Shown piece by piece: positions 1 to 8,465 of a stretch of DNA of 64,000 bases (its first letter is position 1; the number at the start of each line of letters is the position of its first letter). Source of the stretch: a virus. Taxonomy: Duplodnaviria; Caudoviricetes. The stretch covers positions 14,857-78,856 of the IMG/VR virus record IMGVR_UViG_3300005805_000070; one strand, given 5' to 3'. Under the pieces are notes generated by a model. That model did no database searches. It saw only the letters and a program-made list of their open reading frames with translations, and had not been told where the DNA came from. The position numbers and the translations under genes are program-made.

Positions 1-68
1 CAGGAGTGCCAGAGTCCATACTTTTTTTCAGCAACATAGAAGCATTCATCAATTAGTTTCGGTTCCAT
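1..68 (-). CDS. hypothetical phage protein (5' part only, runs off window)
   Basis: Manual translation MEPKLIDECFYVAEKKYGLWHS...; start overlaps the end of the upstream ORF. Confidence 0.55.
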   Translation of the reverse strand, partial: MEPKLIDECFYVAEKKYGLWHS

Positions 69-273
69 TCTTTTTATTAAATCCAAAGGGTAGATTCTCT
101 GCTTCTTTTTCAGTACGAAGTTTTTGTGCTAGGGTACAAACATTCTCAGCAACTTTGAGAATGTCTTCTACCTTAGTGTCATCAGGCAGACGACCTTTCA
201 CATACTCATAGATGGGAAAGAATACATCTGCTGCTTCAGCAACTTCTTCAACTGTCAGTGGTTTTGTATTCAT
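49..273 (-). CDS. hypothetical phage protein, 74 aa
   Basis: ORF track; fits the contiguous minus-strand gene array. Confidence 0.7.
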   Translation of the reverse strand: MNTKPLTVEEVAEAADVFFPIYEYVKGRLPDDTKVEDILKVAENVCTLAQKLRTEKEAENLPFGFNKKNGTETN

Positions 274-418
274 TGGGTCGTTTCAAATCAGGATGTTGTG
301 AGTATAGTGGACCTTGATAGTCACCAGAATGAAGTTTTTTGAGTGCTTCAACAACTTCGGGAGTTTCTTCCCAATTCCACTCATTTCCATTCTTGTCTGT
401 AAAAGTTCTAATCGTCAT
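248..418 (-). CDS. hypothetical phage protein, 56 aa
   Basis: Manual translation MTIRTFTDKNGNEWNWEETPEVVEALKKLH...; fills gap in array. Confidence 0.65.
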   Translation of the reverse strand: MTIRTFTDKNGNEWNWEETPEVVEALKKLHSGDYQGPLYSQHPDLKRPNEYKTTDS

Positions 419-581
419 ACTTGTAACTCAGTTTAATTTCATTCTTTTTGAGTTTGTAACGCTCAATGTGCTTCTTACGATGTTCTTCACTTTGAAAATA
501 ACACTTGCGAGTTTCTTTTCCATCTTTATGAACGAGTTTCCAGGGAAACTGATCAAATGGAAATTCTTCTGTGTAGTCCAT
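408..581 (-). CDS. hypothetical phage protein, 57 aa
   Basis: Manual translation MDYTEEFPFDQFPWKLVHKDGKETRKCYFQSEEHRKKHIERYK... Confidence 0.65.
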   Translation of the reverse strand: MDYTEEFPFDQFPWKLVHKDGKETRKCYFQSEEHRKKHIERYKLKKNEIKLSYKYDD

Positions 582-742
582 TACCTTGGTTGTTCACGCC
601 TTTGATCATAGCAAAGATCAAAGATTTCGTCAAGCACGGCACTACACTCCCAATATTCTTTGGTATCGTGAAGGCATTTTTCAAGTTGATAACGACGAAC
701 GGCAGTTTGAATTAACCGCCACTGATCTGCTCTTAATTTCAT
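581..742 (-). CDS. hypothetical phage protein, 53 aa
   Basis: Manual translation MKLRADQWRLIQTAVRRYQLEKCLHDTKEYWECSAVLDEIFDLCYDQRREQPR; 1-nt overlap with next gene. Confidence 0.6.
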   Translation of the reverse strand: MKLRADQWRLIQTAVRRYQLEKCLHDTKEYWECSAVLDEIFDLCYDQRREQPR

Positions 743-909
743 TTTTTACCTACAATAAAATTTTTACCTTCATCAAATCCCAAATTATAAGCAATTTCCA
801 ACCATTTTTGTATGATTTTAGATTTTTCAAATGGATCTGGGCAATTGAATTCCGTCCTAACTTTCGGTTGAATTTCATCAAACCAAGTTTGAAAATTTTT
901 ATAGTTCAT
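739..909 (-). CDS. hypothetical phage protein, 56 aa
   Basis: Manual translation MNYKNFQTWFDEIQPKVRTEF...KWLEIAYNLGFDEG; ATGA overlap; resembles 5509..5736. Confidence 0.6.
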   Translation of the reverse strand: MNYKNFQTWFDEIQPKVRTEFNCPDPFEKSKIIQKWLEIAYNLGFDEGKNFIVGKK

Positions 910-912
910 TTT

Positions 913-1422
913 TTAAAAATAATTAAAGTTTATAACAACTCTAACTTTTTCGTCAGTGCAAGTTGATCCTGTATGCATCAATCTAGAATCAAATATAGCC
1001 ATTCTATTTTCAACACTGTCAACAACTGCACCATCCTCAAAAGCAGTATAACCATTATTTGTATTCATATACAAAATGGCAGTTTTGGATTTATTATCTT
1101 CTTTTAAGTTTAAAATATCAATATGATATCCATGCTCGATGTGCCTTTCTGTCCTAGTCAATAGATTTGCCTTGATACGCATAATAGAAGTTGGATTGAT
1201 AACTTCTATTATGGGTACTATCTCATTATAATATTGGCTTCTGGGGGAAAACCCATCATAAAAAGTATGGGTGAATTGATAATTATTTGGGTGTTGATCA
1301 TTATCATCAACTACACCATCATTATAATACCAAGGGAAATCACTTCCATTGATCATCAGGGTCTGAAGTTCTTTGAAATATTCTTCACTCAAATAATCAT
1401 CGATTACTTTTATTAAGTCCAT
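913..1422 (-). CDS. 2OG-Fe(II) oxygenase superfamily protein
   Basis: HxD (GYHID), distal His (LMHTGS) and C-terminal Arg (RVVINFNYF) motifs. Confidence 0.8.
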   Translation of the reverse strand: MDLIKVIDDYLSEEYFKELQTLMINGSDFPWYYNDGVVDDNDQHPNNYQFTHTFYDGFSPRSQYYNEIVPIIEVINPTSIMRIKANLLTRTERHIEHGYHIDILNLKEDNKSKTAILYMNTNNGYTAFEDGAVVDSVENRMAIFDSRLMHTGSTCTDEKVRVVINFNYF

Positions 1423-1428
1423 ATTTTA

Positions 1429-1614
1429 TTAATGTAATTTTAGATAAACTGGTTTATCAGTATCGAATGTCGTCCACTTTGCTATTTTAAGGCACATTAG
1501 CAAAGTTTGGTGTTCACGATTATATAGTTCCCAATCACCTTTGCACATAGCATTATATCTACGTTGATAGGCACACTGCCAAACATTACGAAATATCTTA
1601 TCTTTTTCAGTCAT
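1429..1614 (-). CDS. hypothetical phage protein, 61 aa
   Basis: ORF track; array context. Confidence 0.65.
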   Translation of the reverse strand: MTEKDKIFRNVWQCAYQRRYNAMCKGDWELYNREHQTLLMCLKIAKWTTFDTDKPVYLKLH

Positions 1615-1942
1615 TGTCCCAAGGTGCTTTACGGTTCATAAGTTCTCTAACTCTCTCCACTATAGCAGGATCTGGTGGTTGATTCAAACGTTCCACAAGA
1701 GCATCAAAGTCTTTTTGTGGCAATACAATCCTCTCAGGTTTTGCACCTTTACCCCAGAATTGTTCAAATGCCCATTGATAATTCATATCAAGATATCCAC
1801 CATTCAATGAACTCCAGAATGAATTCCAAATATAGTAATCATCAAAACGGAATCCCTGATGAGACATTAACCTATACCACCACCAAAATGGCGTATAACG
1901 AAGAAACCTATTTGAGATAATCCACTTGTTGATTAAGACCAT
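1607..1942 (-). CDS. hypothetical phage protein, 111 aa
   Basis: ORF track; overlaps both neighbours. Confidence 0.65.
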   Translation of the reverse strand: MVLINKWIISNRFLRYTPFWWWYRLMSHQGFRFDDYYIWNSFWSSLNGGYLDMNYQWAFEQFWGKGAKPERIVLPQKDFDALVERLNQPPDPAIVERVRELMNRKAPWDND

Positions 1943-2163
1943 CTACCCAACCTCAACTTGCGTTCAGGTGAAATATAAGGATTATATGGATCATCATAAG
2001 GAAAAATATACTCACACATCCATCCCCAACTGAGTGCCTCCCAGAAGTCATCATATCCAAAATGATCCATTGTAACACGACAATCAATAATATACTCAAT
2101 ATGACGAAAACCCTCAATAAACCATTCCCATTTGGTCATCTGCCAGTATTCTTTCCAGGTCAT
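1933..2163 (-). CDS. hypothetical Trp-rich phage protein, 76 aa
   Basis: ORF track; ATGA overlap. Confidence 0.65.
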   Translation of the reverse strand: MTWKEYWQMTKWEWFIEGFRHIEYIIDCRVTMDHFGYDDFWEALSWGWMCEYIFPYDDPYNPYISPERKLRLGRWS

Positions 2164-2381
2164 TTTTTACCCTCCAAGATGTCAAGTTGTTCAGAAGCAT
2201 AAGAACAAAAGTCATACTCATCACCAACATCACATCGTCCTGCGGCAACATCAACATCAATCAGATAGTCATCAAATGCCAGAAATACCTGAATGGCACG
2301 GCGTTTGTCGTGCTCTGTGATGGCAGTATGAGGAGATGCAATAATTTTGGTTACAATCTCAAAAAGTTCTTTTTTATCCAC
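2160..2381 (-). CDS. hypothetical phage protein, about 73 aa
   Basis: Start corrected to GTG at 2381 (VDKKELFEI...); the longer ORF-track start overlaps the upstream gene. Confidence 0.6.
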   Translation of the reverse strand: MDKKELFEIVTKIIASPHTAITEHDKRRAIQVFLAFDDYLIDVDVAAGRCDVGDEYDFCSYASEQLDILEGKK

Positions 2382-2556
2382 AATTAGGCATCCAGAGTGT
2401 AGAGAGTTTGTTCTTCTTTGCAGTGATGTTGAAGTGGTCAACCTGACCATTTTTATGATAGATTCCACACCAGAGGAACCCATCATCCATCATCTCAAAG
2501 TGTATCATATCTATGTCCTTGACGACAATCTCATCAGGGTTCTTTTCGTCGTTCAT
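2374..2556 (-). CDS. hypothetical phage protein, 60 aa
   Basis: ORF track; ATGA overlap. Confidence 0.65.
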   Translation of the reverse strand: MNDEKNPDEIVVKDIDMIHFEMMDDGFLWCGIYHKNGQVDHFNITAKKNKLSTLWMPNCG

Positions 2557-2702
2557 TGTTTTTCCATCGCAGCATTCTGGACAATCTGTGAGAGTTCCAT
2601 CAGTTCCTGTTTCATTTCAGGTGTAGATGTCTTTGCGACCTCATCATAAAACACTGTGAGTGCCGTTGTCAAGAGAATTAGTTGTCGGTATGTGAGGTTC
2701 AT
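2553..2702 (-). CDS. hypothetical phage protein, 49 aa
   Basis: Manual translation MNLTYRQLILLTTALTVFYDEVAKTSTPEMKQELMELSQIVQNAAMEKQ; ATGA overlaps at both ends. Confidence 0.6.
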   Translation of the reverse strand: MNLTYRQLILLTTALTVFYDEVAKTSTPEMKQELMELSQIVQNAAMEKQ

Positions 2703-2965
2703 TGATAAGGATTCTTGAGATTATCTAGAATTGCACCAAAGAAAGCAATACGATCTTTGTCGTATTCTACATCAACTGAATGAGAATTGCAAAAATCTAC
2801 AATAGATTTTTCAGTTTGAGTTGGAGAATAAGATTCACGGAACCTAGAATAAGTGATGTGTTCCTTAAACTCCCTTCGCATAATTTCAAAAAGAGTATGC
2901 AGTTCTTGTTGCGAGAGTTCTACTTCTCGTTCGGTTGGCGAATGCCCTTTGAATTTGATATTCAT
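2699..2965 (-). CDS. hypothetical phage protein, 88 aa
   Basis: ORF track; ATGA overlap. Confidence 0.65.
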   Translation of the reverse strand: MNIKFKGHSPTEREVELSQQELHTLFEIMRREFKEHITYSRFRESYSPTQTEKSIVDFCNSHSVDVEYDKDRIAFFGAILDNLKNPYQ

Positions 2966-3225
2966 TTCAGTTCTCCATAAAGTTCCAGAATACGACGAGC
3001 AACAACGATAGAAAGTTGTTTGTTGCCGATAGACATATCTTCAGTAATGTTTTTAGAACCTTCTTCGTGTCTTTGTTCACTGGACTTGATATAAACTCCA
3101 CCATTATCAGCATTGAGTTCTACACGATAAGTCATTCCTTCCACTTCGTCACAAAGTTCATAAACATCAGTTAAACTATGAAGAATGTCGGTTCCAGGAA
3201 CAATGTTGTAGGGTTGAAAAATCAT
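2962..3225 (-). CDS. hypothetical phage protein, 87 aa
   Basis: ORF track; first gene after the promoter at 3251. Confidence 0.7.
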   Translation of the reverse strand: MIFQPYNIVPGTDILHSLTDVYELCDEVEGMTYRVELNADNGGVYIKSSEQRHEEGSKNITEDMSIGNKQLSIVVARRILELYGELK

Positions 3226-3250
3226 CGTAATAATGGGTGTTTATGGGTGT

Positions 3251-3308
3251 ATTATAGGGTATTAACAAGGTTTGTGGAGTTCCCGTGTGCCAGTTTAGAA
3301 AGTGTCCT
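3251..3308 (-). promoter_or_regulatory. early-type promoter: TATAAT -10 plus upstream 22-bp imperfect palindrome
   Basis: TATAAT at 3251-3256; palindrome gtgccagtt-taga-aagtgtcct at 3287-3308; no consensus -35. Confidence 0.6.
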
Positions 3309-3699
3309 ATGAGAGGTTAAAGTGTAAATGAGTTTGCCAAGTTCCAATAGTTTTATCCCGAAGCATATTTGCAATCAGGTGAGGAATAAATCGCGTATAC
3401 TTATCCAGAAACTCTCGCTCTGTAAGTTCATCACATCCGCGTAGATAATGATCATAACGAACAAAGTTTGCAAATCTTTCATACTCATAATCTCTTTCTC
3501 CATTAAGGTCATAACGGCAGATTTGTAACCAAATAGATCTACCTTCACCAGTCGCACAGTAATCAATCGCAAAGAAACGATAGAGTGGTTGTTCCCTTTC
3601 TTGTCGTTCAATTTCTGCAAGTTCTTTCATAGCATCATCATACTTGTGAATTGCTTCCATTCCACATTCAAGTGCTTTCTTCCGTGATTCTTCGTTCAT
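3307..3699 (-). CDS. hypothetical phage protein, 130 aa
   Basis: ORF track; N-terminal helix shared with 3668..4213. Confidence 0.7.
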   Translation of the reverse strand: MNEESRKKALECGMEAIHKYDDAMKELAEIERQEREQPLYRFFAIDYCATGEGRSIWLQICRYDLNGERDYEYERFANFVRYDHYLRGCDELTEREFLDKYTRFIPHLIANMLRDKTIGTWQTHLHFNLS

Positions 3700-4213
3700 T
3701 GTTTTGTCTCACTCGTTCAAGATATTCATTACCCTGTTGATGCAATGCTTCAATCAGTGCGTTGATGTCATCAATAGAAACTACATCAAACTCATCATTG
3801 AGGTTCTCACACCGTATGGCATCAAGCATACATTCAAGTGTCATTGCCTGCATATGTTCTGGTGTGATTGGTGTCCCGTGAGGAAGAGAAGCACATTCAT
3901 CATTGTAGAAGGCATTATATCGTGAAAGAACTGTTCTACTTCTTTCCTCTCGTTCCCATTGATCCTTCTCAATTTCAGCAAGACGAAGCATAGCATCACC
4001 GTGCTTCTCATAGAGTTCATCAAGAGCATCAAGAGCCTTGCGTTCTGCTTCACGGCGTTCAGCTTCCTCAAACATTGCATCAGGGTATGGTTCTTGATTT
4101 CTCATAAGTTCTCTCAGCTTCTGTTTGCCGTATTCCGTTAATTCGTGTTTTTTGTTGCGGAGTTCTTCTACTTCCTCTTGTGTGAGATTGACCCACGGCA
4201 TATCATCGTTCAT
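3668..4213 (-). CDS. hypothetical phage protein, about 181 aa
   Basis: Start corrected to MNDDMPWV (4213) because 4203..4361 occupies the extension. Confidence 0.65.
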   Translation of the reverse strand: MNDDMPWVNLTQEEVEELRNKKHELTEYGKQKLRELMRNQEPYPDAMFEEAERREAERKALDALDELYEKHGDAMLRLAEIEKDQWEREERSRTVLSRYNAFYNDECASLPHGTPITPEHMQAMTLECMLDAIRCENLNDEFDVVSIDDINALIEALHQQGNEYLERVRQNNERRITEEST

Positions 4214-4361
4214 TTGAGAAACTCTCCTGAAATGCTTTCCATCCTTCATCTAATTGTTTCTCTGCCCATCCCCATTGCCCGTGCTCAAATCCATCAATCT
4301 GGGCACATTCAATCTCATCTTTAATGAGACGGCGGAGCATTGTAATTTGTTCTTCAGTCAT
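4203..4361 (-). CDS. hypothetical phage protein, 52 aa
   Basis: Manual translation MTEEQITMLRRLIKDEIECAQIDGFEHGQWGWAEKQLDEGWKAFQESFSNER. Confidence 0.6.
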   Translation of the reverse strand: MTEEQITMLRRLIKDEIECAQIDGFEHGQWGWAEKQLDEGWKAFQESFSNER

Positions 4362-4633
4362 CGCAACATCTCCTTCATTTTACGCAAACAATCGTTGAAA
4401 CCATCCACAAGCAATTCAACATCTACATTTTGCGATCCAGCAGCAGATTGTTGTTCAGGCAACCATTGTTCAACGGCATCTACAATCTCATCACACATAT
4501 CAATAGAGAAACCAAGTTTGTCTCTCATAATGTACCAAAGCTTTTGTGCCTTAAATTTCTCAACTTGTTTGAGGATTACGAGTTTATCTTGAAGAGTTTT
4601 GATCTCTACTTCTAGTTTTTCAATTTCAGTCAT
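4358..4633 (-). CDS. hypothetical coiled-coil protein, 91 aa
   Basis: ORF track with start at MTEIEKLE; shares modules with the next two genes. Confidence 0.7.
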   Translation of the reverse strand: MTEIEKLEVEIKTLQDKLVILKQVEKFKAQKLWYIMRDKLGFSIDMCDEIVDAVEQWLPEQQSAAGSQNVDVELLVDGFNDCLRKMKEMLR

Positions 4634-5063
4634 ACTTTCCACCTTTTACCTCATTAAACCACAATCCTTCAAGAAGTCGTTCAGTTTCTTTATCAGTAAT
4701 CATTACAAGTCTTGAAGTATCATCTTGTTTTTCTCGTCTCCACCACACAACATATCCAAACTCATCAGTATATTCAATACGATAATAAGTTTTCTTATTA
4801 TAAAAGACAATATGAACTTCACCAGACCTTTCTGCTTCCATTCTTGGTTGAGATTTATGTGTTTCAATCTCTTTGAGGAGGTCAAGTTTCTTTTGAAGCA
4901 CTTTGATTTCTGCTTCTGTCTTTTCAATATCAGATTGGAAAGTCATTTGTTTAAGATAAGGAGTAGCATCCATCACACCATCTTTCATTGCTTGTCTAAA
5001 AGCATTACGAAGTCCATCAGCAACTTGTTCTGGTGTTTGTGGTTTTGGTTGAAAGTCAGTCAT
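4626..5063 (-). CDS. hypothetical coiled-coil protein, 145 aa
   Basis: ATG at 5063; DIEKTEAEIKVLQKKL module. Confidence 0.7.
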   Translation of the reverse strand: MTDFQPKPQTPEQVADGLRNAFRQAMKDGVMDATPYLKQMTFQSDIEKTEAEIKVLQKKLDLLKEIETHKSQPRMEAERSGEVHIVFYNKKTYYRIEYTDEFGYVVWWRREKQDDTSRLVMITDKETERLLEGLWFNEVKGGKYD

Positions 5064-5356
5064 CAAAACCTCTCCTTCATTTCTTTGATTGCTGTATTAT
5101 ATCCTTGAAGAACATCAGAGTGATACTTATTCACCAAAGGTTCTGGAATATTATCTTTAATCAAATCCATAACCCTATCAGTCAGTTGATCACAATCAAT
5201 ACCATATCCTACTTTCTTCCCAAGTTCTTCCCAGAGTTTATCATAGAAACTTTTGGGTTCTACTACTTTCTGATACTTTTCTCCGTGATAGTAAATATGG
5301 TCATCATATTTGAGAATAAGTGAGGGGTCAATTTGATCCATTTTCAGTTCCACCAT
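5063..5356 (-). CDS. hypothetical phage protein, 97 aa
   Basis: ORF track. Confidence 0.65.
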   Translation of the reverse strand: MVELKMDQIDPSLILKYDDHIYYHGEKYQKVVEPKSFYDKLWEELGKKVGYGIDCDQLTDRVMDLIKDNIPEPLVNKYHSDVLQGYNTAIKEMKERF

Positions 5357-5519
5357 AATAATGTTGTGCGTTGAGTGTTCTCCACATTATAATCTGTTCA
5401 AAACATTCCCCAAGATTACGACAAACAAAACTGTCTTCATCCACCCCATCTGGACCATCCCAGATAGTTGCAGTATATCCTTTCGTGGGATGTGGAGTAT
5501 AAGTAATTTCAATTCTCAT
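5328..5519 (-). CDS. hypothetical phage protein, 63 aa
   Basis: ORF track. Confidence 0.65.
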   Translation of the reverse strand: MRIEITYTPHPTKGYTATIWDGPDGVDEDSFVCRNLGECFEQIIMWRTLNAQHYYGGTENGSN

Positions 5520-5736
5520 CGGTCTTGGAGCATCTCCCAGTATTATAACCCGTCAAGAAGGCAGAATGCAACCACTTTCTCAACAAATCCTCACGGGTTT
5601 TCAGGTCTTCTACGGCACAATCACCATAGAACCATTCACAACGAAAGGTAAAAGGAGTATAAAGGTCGTTAAACCATTCCTGAAATGCGACTTCGGCAGT
5701 GTCTTCCCACTCCCAATCGTTTGCTGGATGAGTCAT
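5509..5736 (-). CDS. hypothetical phage protein, 75 aa
   Basis: Start corrected to MTHPANDW (ATGA overlap with the upstream stop). Confidence 0.65.
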   Translation of the reverse strand: MTHPANDWEWEDTAEVAFQEWFNDLYTPFTFRCEWFYGDCAVEDLKTREDLLRKWLHSAFLTGYNTGRCSKTDEN

Positions 5737-5918
5737 AGGTCTAATGGTTGTTGTGGATCTTTCTTCCAAACTTCTTTGTATGTGATCCATCGTTCTACAC
5801 CAGTTTCTTGTTGTGCAGTCCAATGGTATCCATTTTCATCAATCGCATCAAGATAATGAATACGGGTCTTGGGGCAGATGGTGCGGGTAATATGTGTGAA
5901 TTTTACTCTTTCAGTCAT
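5733..5918 (-). CDS. hypothetical phage protein, 61 aa
   Basis: ORF track. Confidence 0.65.
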   Translation of the reverse strand: MTERVKFTHITRTICPKTRIHYLDAIDENGYHWTAQQETGVERWITYKEVWKKDPQQPLDL

Positions 5919-6114
5919 TTAGAAACTCCCATTTACTATTGAAGAATACTCGTGTCCAAAATCGGATCCAACGATTAGGAATAAGATTATTCTCTGTAAA
6001 GTGAATACAAAATTGCCCTCCACCAAAGAAATCACAGGTACAAATGTATTTTACGATTGGTTGAATGTTCATCGCACTTAAACGATCCCAATCAAAACGT
6101 TTATCGTCAGTCAT
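5911..6114 (-). CDS. hypothetical phage protein, 67 aa
   Basis: Start at MTDDKRF preceded by GGAGG. Confidence 0.6.
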   Translation of the reverse strand: MTDDKRFDWDRLSAMNIQPIVKYICTCDFFGGGQFCIHFTENNLIPNRWIRFWTRVFFNSKWEFLND

Positions 6115-6153
6115 TTCTCCTCCACCCATAAACAATCAAAACAAAACCGAACA

Positions 6154-6309
6154 TTAGAGTGCCTCCCGATTGCTAATAAAAACTTTGAGAGTTCTTCCAT
6201 CATCTTGAAAGGACAACTCTACCTTATTGTTGTCGTCCCAATTTACATAAGACCTTCCATCTTGGTCAATTACTTCTACTCGGGTTACTTTATCGGTTGA
6301 GTAAGTCAT
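6154..6309 (-). CDS. hypothetical phage protein, 51 aa
   Basis: Manual translation MTYSTDKVTRVEVIDQDGRSYVNWDDNNKVELSFQDDGRTLKVFISNREAL; ATGA overlap. Confidence 0.65.
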   Translation of the reverse strand: MTYSTDKVTRVEVIDQDGRSYVNWDDNNKVELSFQDDGRTLKVFISNREAL

Positions 6310-6575
6310 TTCAGTTCCTCTTCTTCTTTCTCAATATCAAAAATAGCATTTAGAAACTCCAGAGCATACTTACCTACAACCCAAGCGTCTTTATCCTCAA
6401 AGAACCTATCACCTATGGTTCTCATATCATAACCCTCTTTGTCTTTATCAAAGAAAGCAATCACATAACAATACTCTCTTTCTTCACAAGCATCTACCTC
6501 TGCTTTATACCACTTGACGAGTTCATACTTCTTGTTGCAGTTGCTCCAACGGAACTCTATGTTACGAAATCTCAT
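6306..6575 (-). CDS. hypothetical phage protein, 89 aa
   Basis: ORF track; ATGA overlaps. Confidence 0.7.
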   Translation of the reverse strand: MRFRNIEFRWSNCNKKYELVKWYKAEVDACEEREYCYVIAFFDKDKEGYDMRTIGDRFFEDKDAWVVGKYALEFLNAIFDIEKEEEELK

Positions 6576-6769
6576 TCATCAATCTCCATGATCTCTATGA
6601 TAGATTTAATCTTTTCTAGATCTTCTAATCGTTGACTATGCTCTTCATACTCTTGTTTGAAGTCATCAAGATAAGTCTCATCTTTACAGTTTTTAATCTC
6701 CCAACTAACATCACCACAACGTTGTTTTGTGTCGTCAATGAAGTATTCTATTGTATCAATTATTGCCAT
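6572..6769 (-). CDS. hypothetical phage protein, 65 aa
   Basis: ORF track. Confidence 0.65.
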   Translation of the reverse strand: MAIIDTIEYFIDDTKQRCGDVSWEIKNCKDETYLDDFKQEYEEHSQRLEDLEKIKSIIEIMEIDE

Positions 6770-6926
6770 CTTTCACAATACAAGATGTGGTACATTTTAG
6801 ATCACCAGAGGATCCAGAGACGGTAGATGTATGGTGTTGCGTCTTTTCTGGTGTAAGGTTATAGTATACCATACCACCAATACAAACTCCAATAAGAGTG
6901 AAAAAGATAAGATTACAGATTTTCAT
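6756..6926 (-). CDS. hypothetical membrane-anchored protein, 56 aa
   Basis: Start MKICNLIFF; hydrophobic N-terminal helix. Confidence 0.55.
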   Translation of the reverse strand: MKICNLIFFTLIGVCIGGMVYYNLTPEKTQHHTSTVSGSSGDLKCTTSCIVKDGNN

Positions 6927-7098
6927 AGTTTTCCTCAAAATCAAACCAAGTATCAAGAGAATTCATAATTTCGGACACAATAGCATCGGCGGCAACATCT
7001 ACATCTGGATTGGGATTGTGTTTATGTGCGCGATTCCATCCAAAACGGACTCCTTCTTCAAGTGCCATTTCAAGTACAGTGCGAAATTTGGGTTTCAT
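6913..7098 (-). CDS. hypothetical phage protein, 61 aa
   Basis: ORF track. Confidence 0.7.
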   Translation of the reverse strand: MKPKFRTVLEMALEEGVRFGWNRAHKHNPNPDVDVAADAIVSEIMNSLDTWFDFEENYENL

Positions 7099-7589
7099 TT
7101 TTTTAATTTATATGCGATGGTAATTCTTAAATCTGTAAAGTTTTTAGAAGGAGATTTTCCACAATGCCACCAATTTGAAGGGAACATTATAGCACTATTT
7201 GGAAATGGAGTTATGCTATTAATTTTACCATCTGGTTCAAGAATTACAGTTTCTCCGCCCCAATCTAAACTCCAAGTTTTCATTGGATAATAAAGAAAAG
7301 TATATGCGTTTTCATCGGAATCGTCAATGTGAAAATCTCCATCTAAACCAAAGGTTTGACCATTTGCATAAACTCTTTCAATAGAAAAATCTTCACCAAT
7401 TGTATTTTTTATACTTTTAAAGAGATTTTCAGTGAAGAAAGGATTATCTTGTAACTGCATACACCAAAAAAAGTTTTTAGAATCTATAGTGCTAGATTGC
7501 CAAAATTCCCATTTTGGTTGAGATAGAAAATCCCAAATAATTTCTACTTGCCTCTCATCAAATACTTCCAAATACCTGGTTAATGGCAT
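7095..7589 (-). CDS. 2OG-Fe(II) oxygenase (prolyl-4-hydroxylase-like)
   Basis: GDFHID, TFLYY, GGET, MFPSNWWHCG, RITIAYKL motifs. Confidence 0.85.
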   Translation of the reverse strand: MPLTRYLEVFDERQVEIIWDFLSQPKWEFWQSSTIDSKNFFWCMQLQDNPFFTENLFKSIKNTIGEDFSIERVYANGQTFGLDGDFHIDDSDENAYTFLYYPMKTWSLDWGGETVILEPDGKINSITPFPNSAIMFPSNWWHCGKSPSKNFTDLRITIAYKLKK

Positions 7590-7590
7590 A

Positions 7591-7740
7591 CTATTTTAAA
7601 TATAGATGAGGTTTGTTGTAGATCATATGATCTAAGATCATTCCAATCTTTTGGGCATAAGTTTCGTCATCATTTTTTACACATTCTTGATATGCATCAA
7701 ATAGTTTAAGGTAAAGTTGCTCAAAGTGCTGTTTGGTCAT
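7591..7740 (-). CDS. hypothetical phage protein, 49 aa
   Basis: Manual translation MTKQHFEQLYLKLFDAYQECVKNDDETYAQKIGMILDHMIYNKPHLYLK. Confidence 0.6.
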   Translation of the reverse strand: MTKQHFEQLYLKLFDAYQECVKNDDETYAQKIGMILDHMIYNKPHLYLK

Positions 7741-7934
7741 TAGATCACCTCCCATTCAGTTTCCCAGAAGTCGTTGATATTCACCCAGAAGAAGTATTTG
7801 CCGTTCTCTGATGCGAGAAACAGCATACCATCACCCCTGTCCTGTTCCACAATACAGATAGGATTGTTGTCCATTACATTACACAGACGGTTTTTCGCTT
7901 TCTTGCTTTTCGGTCTTACGGTTACTCTTCTCAT
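7740..7934 (-). CDS. hypothetical phage protein, 64 aa
   Basis: ORF track, start MRRVTVRPKSKKAKNRL. Confidence 0.7.
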   Translation of the reverse strand: MRRVTVRPKSKKAKNRLCNVMDNNPICIVEQDRGDGMLFLASENGKYFFWVNINDFWETEWEVI

Positions 7935-8151
7935 TTGCAATCTCCAGTTTCAGTTTGCGAATACCAGTAATAAAGTAAGCAAAGTCTCTTGTTTCAGTAA
8001 TGGGTTTGATTTGCTCACACACATCACACTTAGACTCATAAACAGAGGAGCAACCTACGGAATAAACACCATAAGTTTTTCCACAGTCAAAACAAGTGTT
8101 GTAAGCAGTCTCAAGTTTCTTCAGAAGTGCTTTCTTCTCTTTGAGAGTCAT
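7879..8151 (-). CDS. hypothetical Zn-finger-like protein
   Basis: CFDC...CDVC Cys pairs. Confidence 0.65.
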   Translation of the reverse strand: MTLKEKKALLKKLETAYNTCFDCGKTYGVYSVGCSSVYESKCDVCEQIKPITETRDFAYFITGIRKLKLEIANEKSNRKTEKQESEKPSV

Positions 8152-8302
8152 CGCCAAGTCCTACGGGGAGTTGTTTGTCTATGAGGTAATCATACAGCAT
8201 CTGGGCGAACCCGTAGTGGGGTCTTGTGCCAGTTTCGATACTGGTTGAGGTCGCCACCGTCCACATAATATCCAAGTCAAATTTATCAGGTAGTGGTTTC
8301 AT
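8111..8302 (-). CDS. hypothetical phage protein, 63 aa
   Basis: ORF track. Confidence 0.6.
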   Translation of the reverse strand: MKPLPDKFDLDIMWTVATSTSIETGTRPHYGFAQMLYDYLIDKQLPVGLGDDSQREESTSEET

Positions 8303-8465
8303 TAGAATTTTTCATAATAATGAGTTTTCCAGTAAGCATTCCATAGAATATTTCACACACTTTATCTTCACAAGACTTCATTTTCTCTTTAGAGAGAGAA
8401 ATGAGAGCATTGAGTTCTTTTTCGCTTAAATTCCAGTCGGTTAAATTATGTTCAGTTACTTTCAT
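8286..8465 (-). CDS. hypothetical phage protein, 59 aa
   Basis: ATG at 8465 (ATGA overlap). Confidence 0.6.
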   Translation of the reverse strand: MKVTEHNLTDWNLSEKELNALISLSKEKMKSCEDKVCEIFYGMLTGKLIIMKNSNETTT

